43,859 nt of DNA from a virus: UHGV virus genome UHGV-0870948. The stretch is one strand, 5' to 3'. The stretch's first letter is position 1. Each line of letters begins with the position of its first letter. A program made the translations under genes and the position numbers. The notes beneath the pieces are model-generated. The model saw only the letters and a list, made by a program, of their open reading frames with translations, searched no databases and was not told the DNA's origin. Of this stretch, positions 1 to 8,943 are shown one piece after another.

Positions 1-67
1 TTTCACGATTACGCGCAATACCCCTGAGAACCGCCATGAACAAGGGCTTCATGATTTGTGATTTTAG

Positions 68-91
68 TTTGGTACGCAATTTGGTACACAA
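68..91 (+). repeat. Two tandem 12-bp direct repeats (TTTGGTACGCAA, TTTGGTACACAA); candidate integrase arm-type sites at the integrase-distal prophage end
   Basis: Core TGGTACRC is repeated here and three more times just upstream of int at 43654-43700, all in the same orientation. Confidence 0.4.
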
Positions 92-240
92 CACAATTTT
101 CACTTCAGCGGGTAGTCATCAAACTCACCATAACGAGCATCGTTAATGATGTATGTGATCACCACAAACATCACATCTGGACTAGTTCCGTTTTCATGCG
201 CAGGTATTTGTTCACGCCTCCCTTTCTGCAAATCCTAAAG

Positions 241-372
241 ATGAGATTTAAAGATGATGAACTGGCGCAATATAATTTGTGGCTGGATTATCTGGACGCA
301 CTGGAACTGGTTGATTCCTCCAGTGCGCCAGATATTGAATGGCCTACGCCTCCGGCTGTTCAGGCCAGATGA
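241..372 (+). pseudogene. Inverted C-terminal remnant of a tail fibre assembly (Tfa) gene
   Basis: Translation ...[32 protein letters not shown] parallels the C-terminus of the minus-strand Tfa (...[30 protein letters not shown]); only about 44 codons, convergent with the intact tfa. Confidence 0.45.
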
Positions 373-955
373 TATCCGGCGCGGTGCTGGTATCTGTTGC
401 CGTCACCGCGTCAATGTAATCCAGCACGGCGTTAAGTCGGGTTGTTTCTGCCTGCGTCAGCTTCCGCCCGGCCTGCAATTTCAGTTGAATCAGACTGATG
501 GAAGCCATTGCAGCATCAATCAGTGACTGTCGCTGTGCTTCCGCCGCTTCTACTGCGGCGCTATGCTGTGCCTCAGTATCCGTCACCCATTTTTGACCAT
601 CCCATTTATCATATGGCGTTAACTGGGGGATAGTGGTTGTATTTTCAGGGTAATCACCCGGAGCTGTGATTTCTTTTGATTCTCCTGTTTCGGTGCTAAA
701 GACGATTTCACCGCGATGGTCTGGCACATATTCCCATGAGTTAAAATCTGCAGAACGGCAGATTGCATAACCAGCTTTATGTGTAACTGGTGCATCTAAA
801 CAAGAACATGCCGGGATACCGACACCAACGGCAAGATATTCAGTTGATGTGGAAATATATTCCCGCGTTTCACCGCTGTAGTTGTAAACGGTGATGAAGC
901 CAGCTTCTGTTGCGAATCCGTTTTCATCTAAGGTGATTTTTTTTGTGGTCATCAT
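344..955 (-). CDS. Tail fibre assembly protein (Tfa)
   Basis: 203-aa ORF directly downstream of the tail fibre gene with 4-nt overlap; characteristic Tfa C-terminus ...[11 protein letters not shown]. Confidence 0.8.
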   Translation of the reverse strand: MMTTKKITLDENGFATEAGFITVYNYSGETREYISTSTEYLAVGVGIPACSCLDAPVTHKAGYAICRSADFNSWEYVPDHRGEIVFSTETGESKEITAPGDYPENTTTIPQLTPYDKWDGQKWVTDTEAQHSAAVEAAEAQRQSLIDAAMASISLIQLKLQAGRKLTQAETTRLNAVLDYIDAVTATDTSTAPDIIWPEQPEA

Positions 956-1758
956 GCTGCCCTTACAATGTAGTTAAATGCAATGTTGCGCGGCCTTGTT
1001 TCAGCTGATGTTCTGGCACTCCTGGATAAATCAAGTGTGATACTATAGAAACTAAATGCACTACCAGCTGATGGAGCGGCATATTTAACCCCAGAACTAG
1101 AACCAATATTAAAAACTCCAGATGCTGAGAGAGAAGACCCCATAGTGTTATCACTCAGAGAACCCGTAACATTTTGCATAGCGTCAAGTTGTTCGCTTAA
1201 TAAAGCGCGTCCACTATCAACATCACGCCCGTCATCCCAGCCACGAATAAACTCACCACGTAAATCAGGCAATTTATTTGTCGGATAAACTTTTGCCAGT
1301 TCTGGATACTCTTCAGCAGAAAAAGGCGCTCCATTGCATTTCAGCCAGCCCGTTGGAGGAGTGGCTGAAGGCCACGGAACAGGTATGCCAACTGGTAACG
1401 CTGAGCCTTCTCCCAAACCAAGGTTTTCGAGAGCCGTTTTCACCGTGCCATCCGATTTGATATCACCAAACGGATTCTTGCGGCTCAGGTATTCAACAGC
1501 AAACCCCGATCCCAGCAATTCAACAAAACCGGGCAGATCACCATTATCAAGCACATCCCGTTGCGTTTTGTCACTTACAAACTGGGCCAGAGCTGCAGCA
1601 ATAAAGCTGGCCTGCCGAATAACCTTATTGACTTGCGCACTGGATGCTTTCCCTGCTGTAAATCCGGATAAAAGCGCAGGCAACGCTTCCCATTCCTCCT
1701 GCGACATAACATTGGCATTTCGATCAGTTGCAAACGCTTTAAAGTCATTTTTCGCCAT
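952..1758 (-). CDS. Tail fibre protein
   Basis: [36 protein letters not shown]..., Gly/Ser-rich C-terminus, followed by Tfa; start taken at the internal ATG overlapping the upstream stop. Confidence 0.7.
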   Translation of the reverse strand: MAKNDFKAFATDRNANVMSQEEWEALPALLSGFTAGKASSAQVNKVIRQASFIAAALAQFVSDKTQRDVLDNGDLPGFVELLGSGFAVEYLSRKNPFGDIKSDGTVKTALENLGLGEGSALPVGIPVPWPSATPPTGWLKCNGAPFSAEEYPELAKVYPTNKLPDLRGEFIRGWDDGRDVDSGRALLSEQLDAMQNVTGSLSDNTMGSSLSASGVFNIGSSSGVKYAAPSAGSAFSFYSITLDLSRSARTSAETRPRNIAFNYIVRAA

Positions 1759-2438
1759 CAGAGTAATACTCCCCATGCCCCTACATCAAAACCACTGATG
1801 AATTCGTTATCCATATCAAAACCAAAAAATTTAGAGCCTTCAGATGGAGTTTCCACCGAAGGTGTTTCAATGCCCCCCGCCCATACCCCGGCGGCTTTTA
1901 CTGTGAGATACCCCTGTTTAATTGCCGCAATTAACTCACGCGATACATCTGAAATATCAGTATCAGGAAAGACCCAGACCGATATCGTCATGTCCTGGTT
2001 ATCGACTATCTGCATTCGCAGCCCGGATCCTGCTGTTGCAGCGTCAAGAATTGCCGGAAGCGAATCATTCCGTCCGTCCCAGTTATTAATCGCAATCTTC
2101 GCTTTAAGGATGACACGATAAGTTTCATCGCTGAGGTACATGTATCCGGAATCAGGATCGTATGGCCCCTGCCATACACCCTGATCATATCCAAGCCCGT
2201 CGGTATCCCAGCTGAAATAGACACCTGAGATAGGCTGGCTGACAACACGGCTACGTCCGATCCACAATCCCAGAATGTCAAGTTGCACACCAACCGCAGA
2301 GTCAATATCAAATGCAGTAATCAGCCCTCTGGTGGCAGCCGCAACATCAATAAGTGGCCGGGTCATCAGATCAACATGCGCAAGAAATTTAGGTTTGGTG
2401 GCGTGGTAGTTCGTGATTAGTTCGGTGTATTTGCTCAT
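1758..2438 (-). CDS. Phage tail/baseplate protein (YmfQ-like, precedes tail fibre)
   Basis: 226-aa ORF between the baseplate J-like gene and the tail fibre gene; translationally coupled to both. Confidence 0.5.
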   Translation of the reverse strand: MSKYTELITNYHATKPKFLAHVDLMTRPLIDVAAATRGLITAFDIDSAVGVQLDILGLWIGRSRVVSQPISGVYFSWDTDGLGYDQGVWQGPYDPDSGYMYLSDETYRVILKAKIAINNWDGRNDSLPAILDAATAGSGLRMQIVDNQDMTISVWVFPDTDISDVSRELIAAIKQGYLTVKAAGVWAGGIETPSVETPSEGSKFFGFDMDNEFISGFDVGAWGVLL

Positions 2439-3634
2439 GACTCCACCGTTATAACGATATTTTCCGGGGTACAGGACGCAGATTCGTTGTATCTGATATC
2501 AATGTTTGATGACGACAAAGCCCCCGGGGATTTCCCAATCGTCAGTTCCTGAATATCGTAATAGCGTGCATTCCCGCCACTCACCACGCCAAGATTCGCC
2601 GGTGAGTAAATGCGACTTAAAAGGACCGAATCACCAATCGTCAAACTATTGATATAGTCGGAAATAGCCTGCTGGATCTGCTGCCCTATCTGTGAGGTAT
2701 AACCCGTAAAAACTTTTAATTTAATCCGGGCATAAACAGGCACATCACTGGAACGCGAGAATTTGATTACATGGGGATTGCCGTATTTATCCGGAACCGT
2801 AACGGATGTTGTACCGTGAGTGGCTGTCCCCTGGCCTTTATTCCCTCTGATAGCCTGAGCAATATCCGTCACATCACCGCCATCCACAATTACAGCAACA
2901 GAGTGTGGCGGTAACCCGTTACCGTCCTCCGAACCAGTATCGTTTTCATAGAGTTTGTGGCGGGTTACACCGGTAACATTAGAAACAGCACCATCCAGTG
3001 CTTCAAATGGGGTTATTGATGGCAACGCAACACTTTGCGACTGACGGATACGTAACTCAGCATCAGTTTCTGCCGGAGAACCAACAGTAGCCGCAGCAGG
3101 ATTAGTTACCGAAACCCAGCCACGGGTTGGCGTATTAATTTCAGTGATAGTTCCAGCCAGCGCCGCCACTGCACCACTGACGGAACATGTTGCGGTCGCC
3201 ATCACTGTACCATCCACGCCGACCACCACTGAAGCAGGCAAACGCCATATCACATTATTACTGTCTTTCACGCTGCCATTAATGATGGTTGTTCCGGCAG
3301 TTCCTGTAAGAAGCAAATCAACCGTAGAGTTCGTCGCGCCTTTACGTGAAATACCATTTATTTTCACGTTACTGGTCAGTGCAGCCCCATAGCCGGTTGC
3401 CGGTGAAAAACAGTTGTAGACAGTTATCGCCATATTATTGGCATCATGAATCGCCAGCGCCATCAGAGCCACCATCTGGCCGTCTTTGCTGTCCGGTTCG
3501 AGGTAGGCATCACTGCCATAAATCTGCTGAAAATAGCTAATCAGGGTGCTGAGTATCGTCTGATAATCAGGCGCACTGATCCCCTCCGCGGTTACCTTTG
3601 CAGATAAACCGAGAGAATCAAGGTTCAGAGCCAT
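2435..3634 (-). CDS. Baseplate J-like protein
   Basis: 399-aa ORF in the conserved position after the small baseplate protein; family assignment from memory. Confidence 0.65.
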   Translation of the reverse strand: MALNLDSLGLSAKVTAEGISAPDYQTILSTLISYFQQIYGSDAYLEPDSKDGQMVALMALAIHDANNMAITVYNCFSPATGYGAALTSNVKINGISRKGATNSTVDLLLTGTAGTTIINGSVKDSNNVIWRLPASVVVGVDGTVMATATCSVSGAVAALAGTITEINTPTRGWVSVTNPAAATVGSPAETDAELRIRQSQSVALPSITPFEALDGAVSNVTGVTRHKLYENDTGSEDGNGLPPHSVAVIVDGGDVTDIAQAIRGNKGQGTATHGTTSVTVPDKYGNPHVIKFSRSSDVPVYARIKLKVFTGYTSQIGQQIQQAISDYINSLTIGDSVLLSRIYSPANLGVVSGGNARYYDIQELTIGKSPGALSSSNIDIRYNESASCTPENIVITVES

Positions 3635-3987
3635 TACGCCTCCGATGTAACAGTCGTTATTCCATAGAGAGTGTCGATTTCAGCGGAAAACATGACACGT
3701 CGGGTCGTGGTATCCACCGTCGTATTGAAAGAGAGGATTGATTTAACGCCCTGCGTTTCGAGGATGCGCTTACGGATCGCCAGGTTGTAAGTTTCTGGTT
3801 TTTGCCTGCCCAGCACGGACTGGATCCACGGTGTTCCCTCTGTGGTATCAAGAAACCATTGCCCATACCACAATTCGAATCGCGTTTTCACAGCCTGCGC
3901 TACGGCCTCAGGCGAGTTAATCAGCCAGGTGTCATCACCGCTGCCAAAGGTGTAATCGCCATCGGCGTCTTCACGTCTGTATCGCAT
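3634..3987 (-). CDS. Small baseplate-associated protein (gp46/W-like)
   Basis: 117-aa ORF coupled between the spike and J-like genes. Confidence 0.45.
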   Translation of the reverse strand: MRYRREDADGDYTFGSGDDTWLINSPEAVAQAVKTRFELWYGQWFLDTTEGTPWIQSVLGRQKPETYNLAIRKRILETQGVKSILSFNTTVDTTTRRVMFSAEIDTLYGITTVTSEA

Positions 3988-4596
3988 CAGTTTACCCCGT
4001 CGGTACTGCTTCCACCACGCTGAACACCACCATGAGTGTGTGTATCATCGATTGGCTTGCCATTAGCCTTCACGCTCCCCAAAAACTCAACAGCACCAGT
4101 GATTTTTGAAGCCACACCAGAAACCACAGACCCCACCATGCCCCCCATCCAGGTTAACAGGCCATGAATGGTTACTTTCTCAGAAAAATCAGCCAGAGGG
4201 GCAACCACATCAAGACCACCTGGAGCGACAATTTTAATTTTCCTGGTATCAGGATTAAGCTCAAAATAGGTGCTGCCGTCATCACTACGCAACTGTGTGG
4301 CACTGGTATTAATACCGCTAATCTTCCTTGCCTGCGACTGGGGACCGACAATACAAAACGCATCCGATAAATCATGCATTCTGTCATCGACCGACTCCTG
4401 TATCCCGCCACTCTGCCACCAGAAATCAATACAACGATCGGCAAAAATCACCAAACATTCATCACCGGCTTTAACTGGGAACGTTAGCGTACATCCTCCG
4501 CCGCGCGGGAATACCACTGGCACATCCACCAGCAATGGGTAATTTTTGGTAATGCGGTTGCCGTCATTATCCTTTTCAACCGAACGGATAGCAGGC
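3987..4596 (-). pseudogene. Baseplate spike protein (gpV / Mu gp45-like), 3' portion separated from its 5' end by the IS66-family insertion
   Basis: Frame continues ...PAIRSVEKDNDGNRITKNYPLLVDVPVVF...; the PA codons lie in the left TSD copy and rejoin in frame with the fragment at 7138-7288. Confidence 0.7.
4589..4596. repeat. Target-site duplication, left copy (TAGCAGGC)
   Basis: Identical 8-mer abuts both ends of the IS66-family element. Confidence 0.8.
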
Positions 4597-4626
4597 GTAA
4601 GCGTCAACGGAGCACCGTATTGACGC

Positions 4627-6240
4627 TTATTTATTAGTGAGTACTACGTTCCATGGCAGGAGTTCGTCAACTCGGTTGGAAGGCCATTCCGGCAGTACGC
4701 TCAGGATATGGCGCAGATACGCTTCCGGATCGATACCATTCAACCGGCAGGTGCCGATCAGCCCGTACAACAGTGCACCACGCTCGCCTCCGTGATCGCT
4801 ACCGAAGAACACGTAATTTTTCTTTCCGAGACAGACTGCACGAAGCGCTCTTTCCGCTGTGTTATTGTCCGCCTCCGCCAGACCGTCATCACAGAAGTTG
4901 CACAACGCAACCCAGTGCTTCCTGATATACCGGAACGCATCTCTCAGACGGCATTTTTTCGATAACGTGTGTTCTTTCTCCTGCATCAGCTTATACAGGG
5001 AAGTCAGTAGCGGTTTACTCTGCATTTGCCTGACCGCCAGGCGTTCAGACACCGGCAACCCGCGTATTTCGTGCTCAATGGCGTACAGTTCGCCGATTAG
5101 TTTCAGTGCTTCTTCCGCCGTCGCGCTTTTGGTACTGATATATACATCGTGGATTTTGCGCCGTGCATGAGCCCAGCATCCTGCTTCCGTCAACGCGCCG
5201 CCTTCACGTTCGGCACTGAACAGCCGATCGTAACCTGCGAACGCATCTGCCTGCAGGATACCCCGGAAGGGACGAAGGTGTTGCTCCGGATGTTTACCCT
5301 GATGGTCCGGTGAGTAGGCGAACCAGACCGCCGGAGGTTCTGGCGAACCGGCATTTCGGTCATCCCGGACATACGTCCAGATATATCCTGTTTTCGCCTT
5401 CTTCCTGCCCGGTGCCAGTACTTTTACTGGTGTGTCATCAGTGTGAACCTTGCGGGTGTTCATCACATAACTGTACAGGGCATCATTCAGCGGAGTCATT
5501 AACTGGCAGCACGCATCAACCCAGTTGGAGAGTAAGGCACGGCTCAGTTCGACACCCTGGCGGGCAAAGATTTCACTCTGACGATACAGTGGCAGGTGTT
5601 CGCAGTATTTTCCCGTTAACACGCGGGCAAGTAACCCCGGGCCCGCGATACCACGCTCTATCGGACGGGATGGTGCCGGTGCTTCAACGATGCAGTCACA
5701 TTTTGTACAGGCTTTTTTTACCCGTTCTGTGCGGATCACTTTCAGGGCGCTGCTCACCAGTTCCAGTTGTTCTGCGCTGACTTCCCCCAGATAATCCAGC
5801 TCACCGCCACACTCCGGGCAACAGCTTTCTTCAGGCTCCAGGCGGTATATTTCACGGGGGAGATGTGCCGGTAACGGACGACGATGGCGCGACTGTCGCA
5901 ACTGGCGGGGAACCAGCGGGTCATCCTCACGCCCACTGTAACGATCGCTTTCCTGCTCGCGTTGTTTCAGCAGGGCTTCAGCCTGTTCAACCTCACGACG
6001 CAGTTTTTCAGAACGGGTTCCGAACAGCATCCGGCGCAGTTTTTCTATCTGAGCCCGCAGATGCTCTATTTCCCGTTCATCTTCTTCGATCTTTTCTTCG
6101 GCACGTGCCAGTGCAGAGCGCAGGAAGGCCTCCGTCTCTTCAACCAGACTCAGTTGCTGGTCTTTCTGACGGAGGGCTTCAGCCTGCTCAGAGAGCAGCC
6201 TTTCCAGCTCAGCGATGCGAATGAGGTATTTCTGACTCAT
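4627..6240 (-). CDS. tnpC: IS66-family transposase TnpC
   Basis: 537-aa ORF with N-terminal coiled-coil, CxxC...CxxC zinc motif and conserved IS66 transposase core. Confidence 0.85.
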   Translation of the reverse strand: MSQKYLIRIAELERLLSEQAEALRQKDQQLSLVEETEAFLRSALARAEEKIEEDEREIEHLRAQIEKLRRMLFGTRSEKLRREVEQAEALLKQREQESDRYSGREDDPLVPRQLRQSRHRRPLPAHLPREIYRLEPEESCCPECGGELDYLGEVSAEQLELVSSALKVIRTERVKKACTKCDCIVEAPAPSRPIERGIAGPGLLARVLTGKYCEHLPLYRQSEIFARQGVELSRALLSNWVDACCQLMTPLNDALYSYVMNTRKVHTDDTPVKVLAPGRKKAKTGYIWTYVRDDRNAGSPEPPAVWFAYSPDHQGKHPEQHLRPFRGILQADAFAGYDRLFSAEREGGALTEAGCWAHARRKIHDVYISTKSATAEEALKLIGELYAIEHEIRGLPVSERLAVRQMQSKPLLTSLYKLMQEKEHTLSKKCRLRDAFRYIRKHWVALCNFCDDGLAEADNNTAERALRAVCLGKKNYVFFGSDHGGERGALLYGLIGTCRLNGIDPEAYLRHILSVLPEWPSNRVDELLPWNVVLTNK

Positions 6241-6270
6241 GGCCGTTTTTATAATGCGGTCAGGAGTTTT

Positions 6271-6621
6271 TTACAACATTGTCAGTGCGTTAAGGCGGGA
6301 TGTTTTTGGCTGACGCCAGTCCAGCTTATCGAGGAGCATTGCCAGTTGCGAGCGGGTAATGGATATCTTACCGTCACGCACCGCAGGCCAGATAAACTGA
6401 CCTTCCTCAAGGCGTTTGGTGAACAGGCACAGACCATCAGCATCAGCCCACAGGATTTTAATCGTGTCTCCCCGTCGGCCACGGAAGATAAACAGGTGAC
6501 CGGAGAAGGGGTTATCATCCAGCACATGCTGTATTTGCTCCCCCAGACCGTTGAAGGATTTACGCATATCAGTAACGCCGGCAACGAGCCAGATACGGGT
6601 ACCTGATGGGAGTGAAATCAT
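6271..6621 (-). CDS. tnpB: IS66-family accessory protein TnpB (Orf2)
   Basis: 116-aa ORF MISLPSGTRIWLVAGVTDMRKSFNGL... typical of IS66 Orf2; overlaps tnpA. Confidence 0.8.
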   Translation of the reverse strand: MISLPSGTRIWLVAGVTDMRKSFNGLGEQIQHVLDDNPFSGHLFIFRGRRGDTIKILWADADGLCLFTKRLEEGQFIWPAVRDGKISITRSQLAMLLDKLDWRQPKTSRLNALTML

Positions 6622-7055
6622 CGTCCCCTCCCGGTCAGCTCACGGATCAACACCGTGAGCAGCTCTGGTGAAGGATTTTCCAGCATCATTTTACCGTAAT
6701 GGAATTCCACATGGCAGGAAGCTGCACAAGCAACTGATAATGCCTCCGGAGCAGGAGCATCTGTAGCACAGCGCGTGGTGTCGATAAGTTCCACTGGAAC
6801 CAGAGTCGGAGAGGCCGGAAAAGATTGTGATACTGTAGGGCCTACAATAGTTGGAGGCATTCTGCGAGAAATACGTCCTTCTCTTTGCCAGAGGCGTAGC
6901 CATTTAAAAATCAGGTTGTTATCAACGCCATGTTCCCGGGCCAGTTGTGCAACATTGGCATTTGGTTTCGAAGCCAGTTCAACCATATGAAGTTTAAATT
7001 CATTAGAAAATATCCGGCGGGTTCCGGAGCGCCAGTCTGTAGGTTTATCCATCAA
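6618..7055 (-). CDS. tnpA: IS66-family accessory protein TnpA (Orf1)
   Basis: 145-aa ORF with HTH-like segment (FSNEFKLHMVELASKPNANVAQLAREHGV), first gene of the IS66 operon. Confidence 0.75.
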   Translation of the reverse strand: MMDKPTDWRSGTRRIFSNEFKLHMVELASKPNANVAQLAREHGVDNNLIFKWLRLWQREGRISRRMPPTIVGPTVSQSFPASPTLVPVELIDTTRCATDAPAPEALSVACAASCHVEFHYGKMMLENPSPELLTVLIRELTGRGR

Positions 7056-7137
7056 TAGAACTCCGTCTAATTTAGAAGGAGCTCTAATTTAGTCTGCAAG
7101 GAGCAGGTGTTACAGACGGCATTGGCTTTACGCTTAC

Positions 7138-7145
7138 TAGCAGGC
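7138..7145. repeat. Target-site duplication, right copy (TAGCAGGC)
   Basis: Identical to 4589-4596. Confidence 0.8.
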
Positions 7146-7288
7146 TGCACAACTGCCGTCACCGCATCAGGATCGAATGACTGAATAATGCCAGGCAAGG
7201 CGACACGGATCTGGTTCTTTGTTGTTTCCCGTTCAGATTTGAATGTTTCGGCAAGGTCGCCGCTGCGGGTCTGGTCAGATACTGCCAT
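7138..7288 (-). pseudogene. Baseplate spike protein, 5' portion (first 50 codons) truncated by the IS insertion
   Basis: MAVSDQTRSGDLAETFKSERETTKNQIRVALPGIIQSFDPDAVTAVVQPA, then reads into IS sequence; rejoins in frame with 3987-4596 when the IS and one TSD copy are removed. Confidence 0.7.
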
Positions 7289-7307
7289 TTAGTAGGCTCC
7301 AGAAAGC

Positions 7308-7330
7308 AAAAAACCCGCCGAAGCGGGTTT
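7308..7330. terminator. Rho-independent (bidirectional) terminator downstream of the HEPN-like gene
   Basis: AAAAAA-CCCGC-CGAA-GCGGG-TTT: GC stem flanked by an A-run on one side and a T-run on the other. Confidence 0.65.
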
Positions 7331-7347
7331 GATAACGTTAATTTTAT

Positions 7348-7743
7348 TCATGAAACTCTAGCAGACTTTAGCTGTTCCCAGCGCTCAAAATAGAGTTCAG
7401 CAGCCTCGATTGCATCCTGTCCCATCTCTTTCGAAACAGTCACATTCGTCAGATCATAGTCAGCTTCATTTCTAGCATCCCGCCACTGGCGAAGTACGAA
7501 AGCTAGGGATTTCAGTGTATTTGTCGGGTATGGCTCTGATTTGCACTCTGAGGGCGTTGACATATAACCCACAGTATTTTTGTGATGCTCATGGGTAAAA
7601 TGCGGTATGGCAGTAAGTGAGCTAATAGACTCATGTAACATACTGTAATACGCCCTTGAGATAGCGCTTCGAAATCCACTCTCAATATTTTCAGACAGAC
7701 ATAATCGAGCGGTATCGAGAATCTGATTGCTAGTTACCGACAT
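7348..7743 (-). CDS. HEPN-like small helical protein (candidate toxin/RNase component)
   Basis: 131 aa; AISRAYYSMLHE (R-x6-H, resembles the conserved HEPN helix) and LRQWRDARNEADY; overlaps the upstream gene by 14 nt; region visibly AT-richer than flanks. Confidence 0.5.
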   Translation of the reverse strand: MSVTSNQILDTARLCLSENIESGFRSAISRAYYSMLHESISSLTAIPHFTHEHHKNTVGYMSTPSECKSEPYPTNTLKSLAFVLRQWRDARNEADYDLTNVTVSKEMGQDAIEAAELYFERWEQLKSARVS

Positions 7744-8503
7744 GGTAGCTCACCCCCGTATGCAACTGACGCGGAGAGGTAAATCTAGCTAACAGGGAAC
7801 AATCATCCAGTTTAGATTCAGCGCAGACTCTATCAGCCAAGTCGAAGTTCATTTTGGCAATAGTTTTAGGCTCAAGATTTTTAATATCAACAACATAGCA
7901 ACCGCTTCCACTAAGCTGAACGAAACCTGTCGTAGCCTTGTATTCACTTAGCAAGCCCCAGATTATGGATGCTAAGGTCTGGAACTGTTCCTTCGAGCAC
8001 TGTGTGGCGCTATAGAAATTATCCATTTCTGCAAGGAGTTCTTCTTTGTGCTTCATAGCATTACTCCTGCCTTCTGATTCAGAAAGAAGCTTAATGTGCT
8101 CTTCCATATAAAATTTTAACTGTTCACGCTCGCCGCAACGGTACGCCCAACTGTATGCGTTGTGACTAAAGAGTTTTGTCCGATACTTCTTTGCCAGCGG
8201 GACATAGACATCCTTGAGTTCATTATAGCTAAATGTATTAATTAAAATGTGATGATAGTGCATTGCCAACGTTACATCGTTTACTTCTAGGCTTATCCTG
8301 AGATAACGTAACGCGCTTTCAATCTTTCCGGTTATTGCATCCAGATAAGATAGTGCAATGTTGGTAGCAGGCGTTGGAGAGACAGAAAGTTCCTCTCGAA
8401 TTTTCTTTTCAGTGAAGGGATCTAAACTTTCCCTATCCAATAGAAGCGCATTGAATTGTTCAATATATTTTTGCGCTTTTTCTAATGGGATGCCTGCCGC
8501 CAT
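7730..8503 (-). CDS. Hypothetical protein, partner of the HEPN-like protein
   Basis: 257 aa, predicted mainly helical, no motif recognised; translationally coupled to the HEPN-like ORF. Confidence 0.55.
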   Translation of the reverse strand: MAAGIPLEKAQKYIEQFNALLLDRESLDPFTEKKIREELSVSPTPATNIALSYLDAITGKIESALRYLRISLEVNDVTLAMHYHHILINTFSYNELKDVYVPLAKKYRTKLFSHNAYSWAYRCGEREQLKFYMEEHIKLLSESEGRSNAMKHKEELLAEMDNFYSATQCSKEQFQTLASIIWGLLSEYKATTGFVQLSGSGCYVVDIKNLEPKTIAKMNFDLADRVCAESKLDDCSLLARFTSPRQLHTGVSYHVGN

Positions 8504-8598
8504 GGATTATTTCTCTTACTAAAGGGATTGTGATTGTGAACTTTGAACAATATCTCGTCAACCTTAAAGCGCTCATCTCGGAAGATTGACATCAAACT

Positions 8599-8940
8599 TT
8601 AGCGTAACGCCTTTTTACAAGGGAATGATCCGATGATTTTAGGCGCATCCATGCTGTTCTGCAGAAGCTGGACGTTCAGGAAACGCGTTTCGGTGCCAGG
8701 GCGACGAATGTATTCAAAGCCGTAGTTGTTACCGTCTTTGGCAGGCATAAGCCCCATGTCTACTTTCAAACCATTGGTACCCAGTTCGGTGATTTTTTGA
8801 GAGGTAACTCTTTCACCGTTAATTGTCGATAACTCGCCCTGGTTTGCAACCATAGTGTAGCCACCGCATTTAACCGTGAAGCCATCCGCCCACACGCTGC
8901 ACGCAGAAAAGACAGCTAACAGAAAAATGATACCCCTCAT
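8599..8940 (-). CDS. Secreted (periplasmic) protein with N-terminal signal peptide
   Basis: MRGIIFLLAVFSACSVWA-DG...: hydrophobic signal peptide with A-x-A-type cleavage site; two Cys in the mature part; starts 4 nt after the hub-like gene stop. Confidence 0.55.
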   Translation of the reverse strand: MRGIIFLLAVFSACSVWADGFTVKCGGYTMVANQGELSTINGERVTSQKITELGTNGLKVDMGLMPAKDGNNYGFEYIRRPGTETRFLNVQLLQNSMDAPKIIGSFPCKKALR

Positions 8941-8943
8941 TGC

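Larger units (their letters stand above)
4597..7137 (-). mobile_element. IS66-family insertion sequence (tnpA-tnpB-tnpC), about 2.5 kb
   Basis: Three-ORF IS66 organisation; termini GTAAGCGT... and ...ACGCTTAC form imperfect inverted repeats; flanked by 8-bp direct repeat TAGCAGGC. Confidence 0.85.

Noticed and set aside
58-240. N-terminal two-thirds of the plus-strand ORF 58..372
   Set aside because: It runs across the TGGTACRC repeat region and has an odd composition; only the last ~44 codons (241-372) show Tfa-like similarity, so the upstream part is treated as non-coding.
4597-4630. Near-palindrome GTAAGCGTCAA...TTGACGCTTAT as a possible alternative IS boundary or separate hairpin element
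   Set aside because: The perfect 8-bp duplication fits only if the element starts at 4597; the palindrome is best explained as internal structure of the terminal inverted repeat.
4653-6606. Several plus-strand ORFs (for example 5310..5780, 5884..6606) inside the IS element
   Set aside because: They are antisense to the well-supported tnpC/tnpB genes and have low-complexity, Arg/Pro-rich translations typical of spurious antisense frames.
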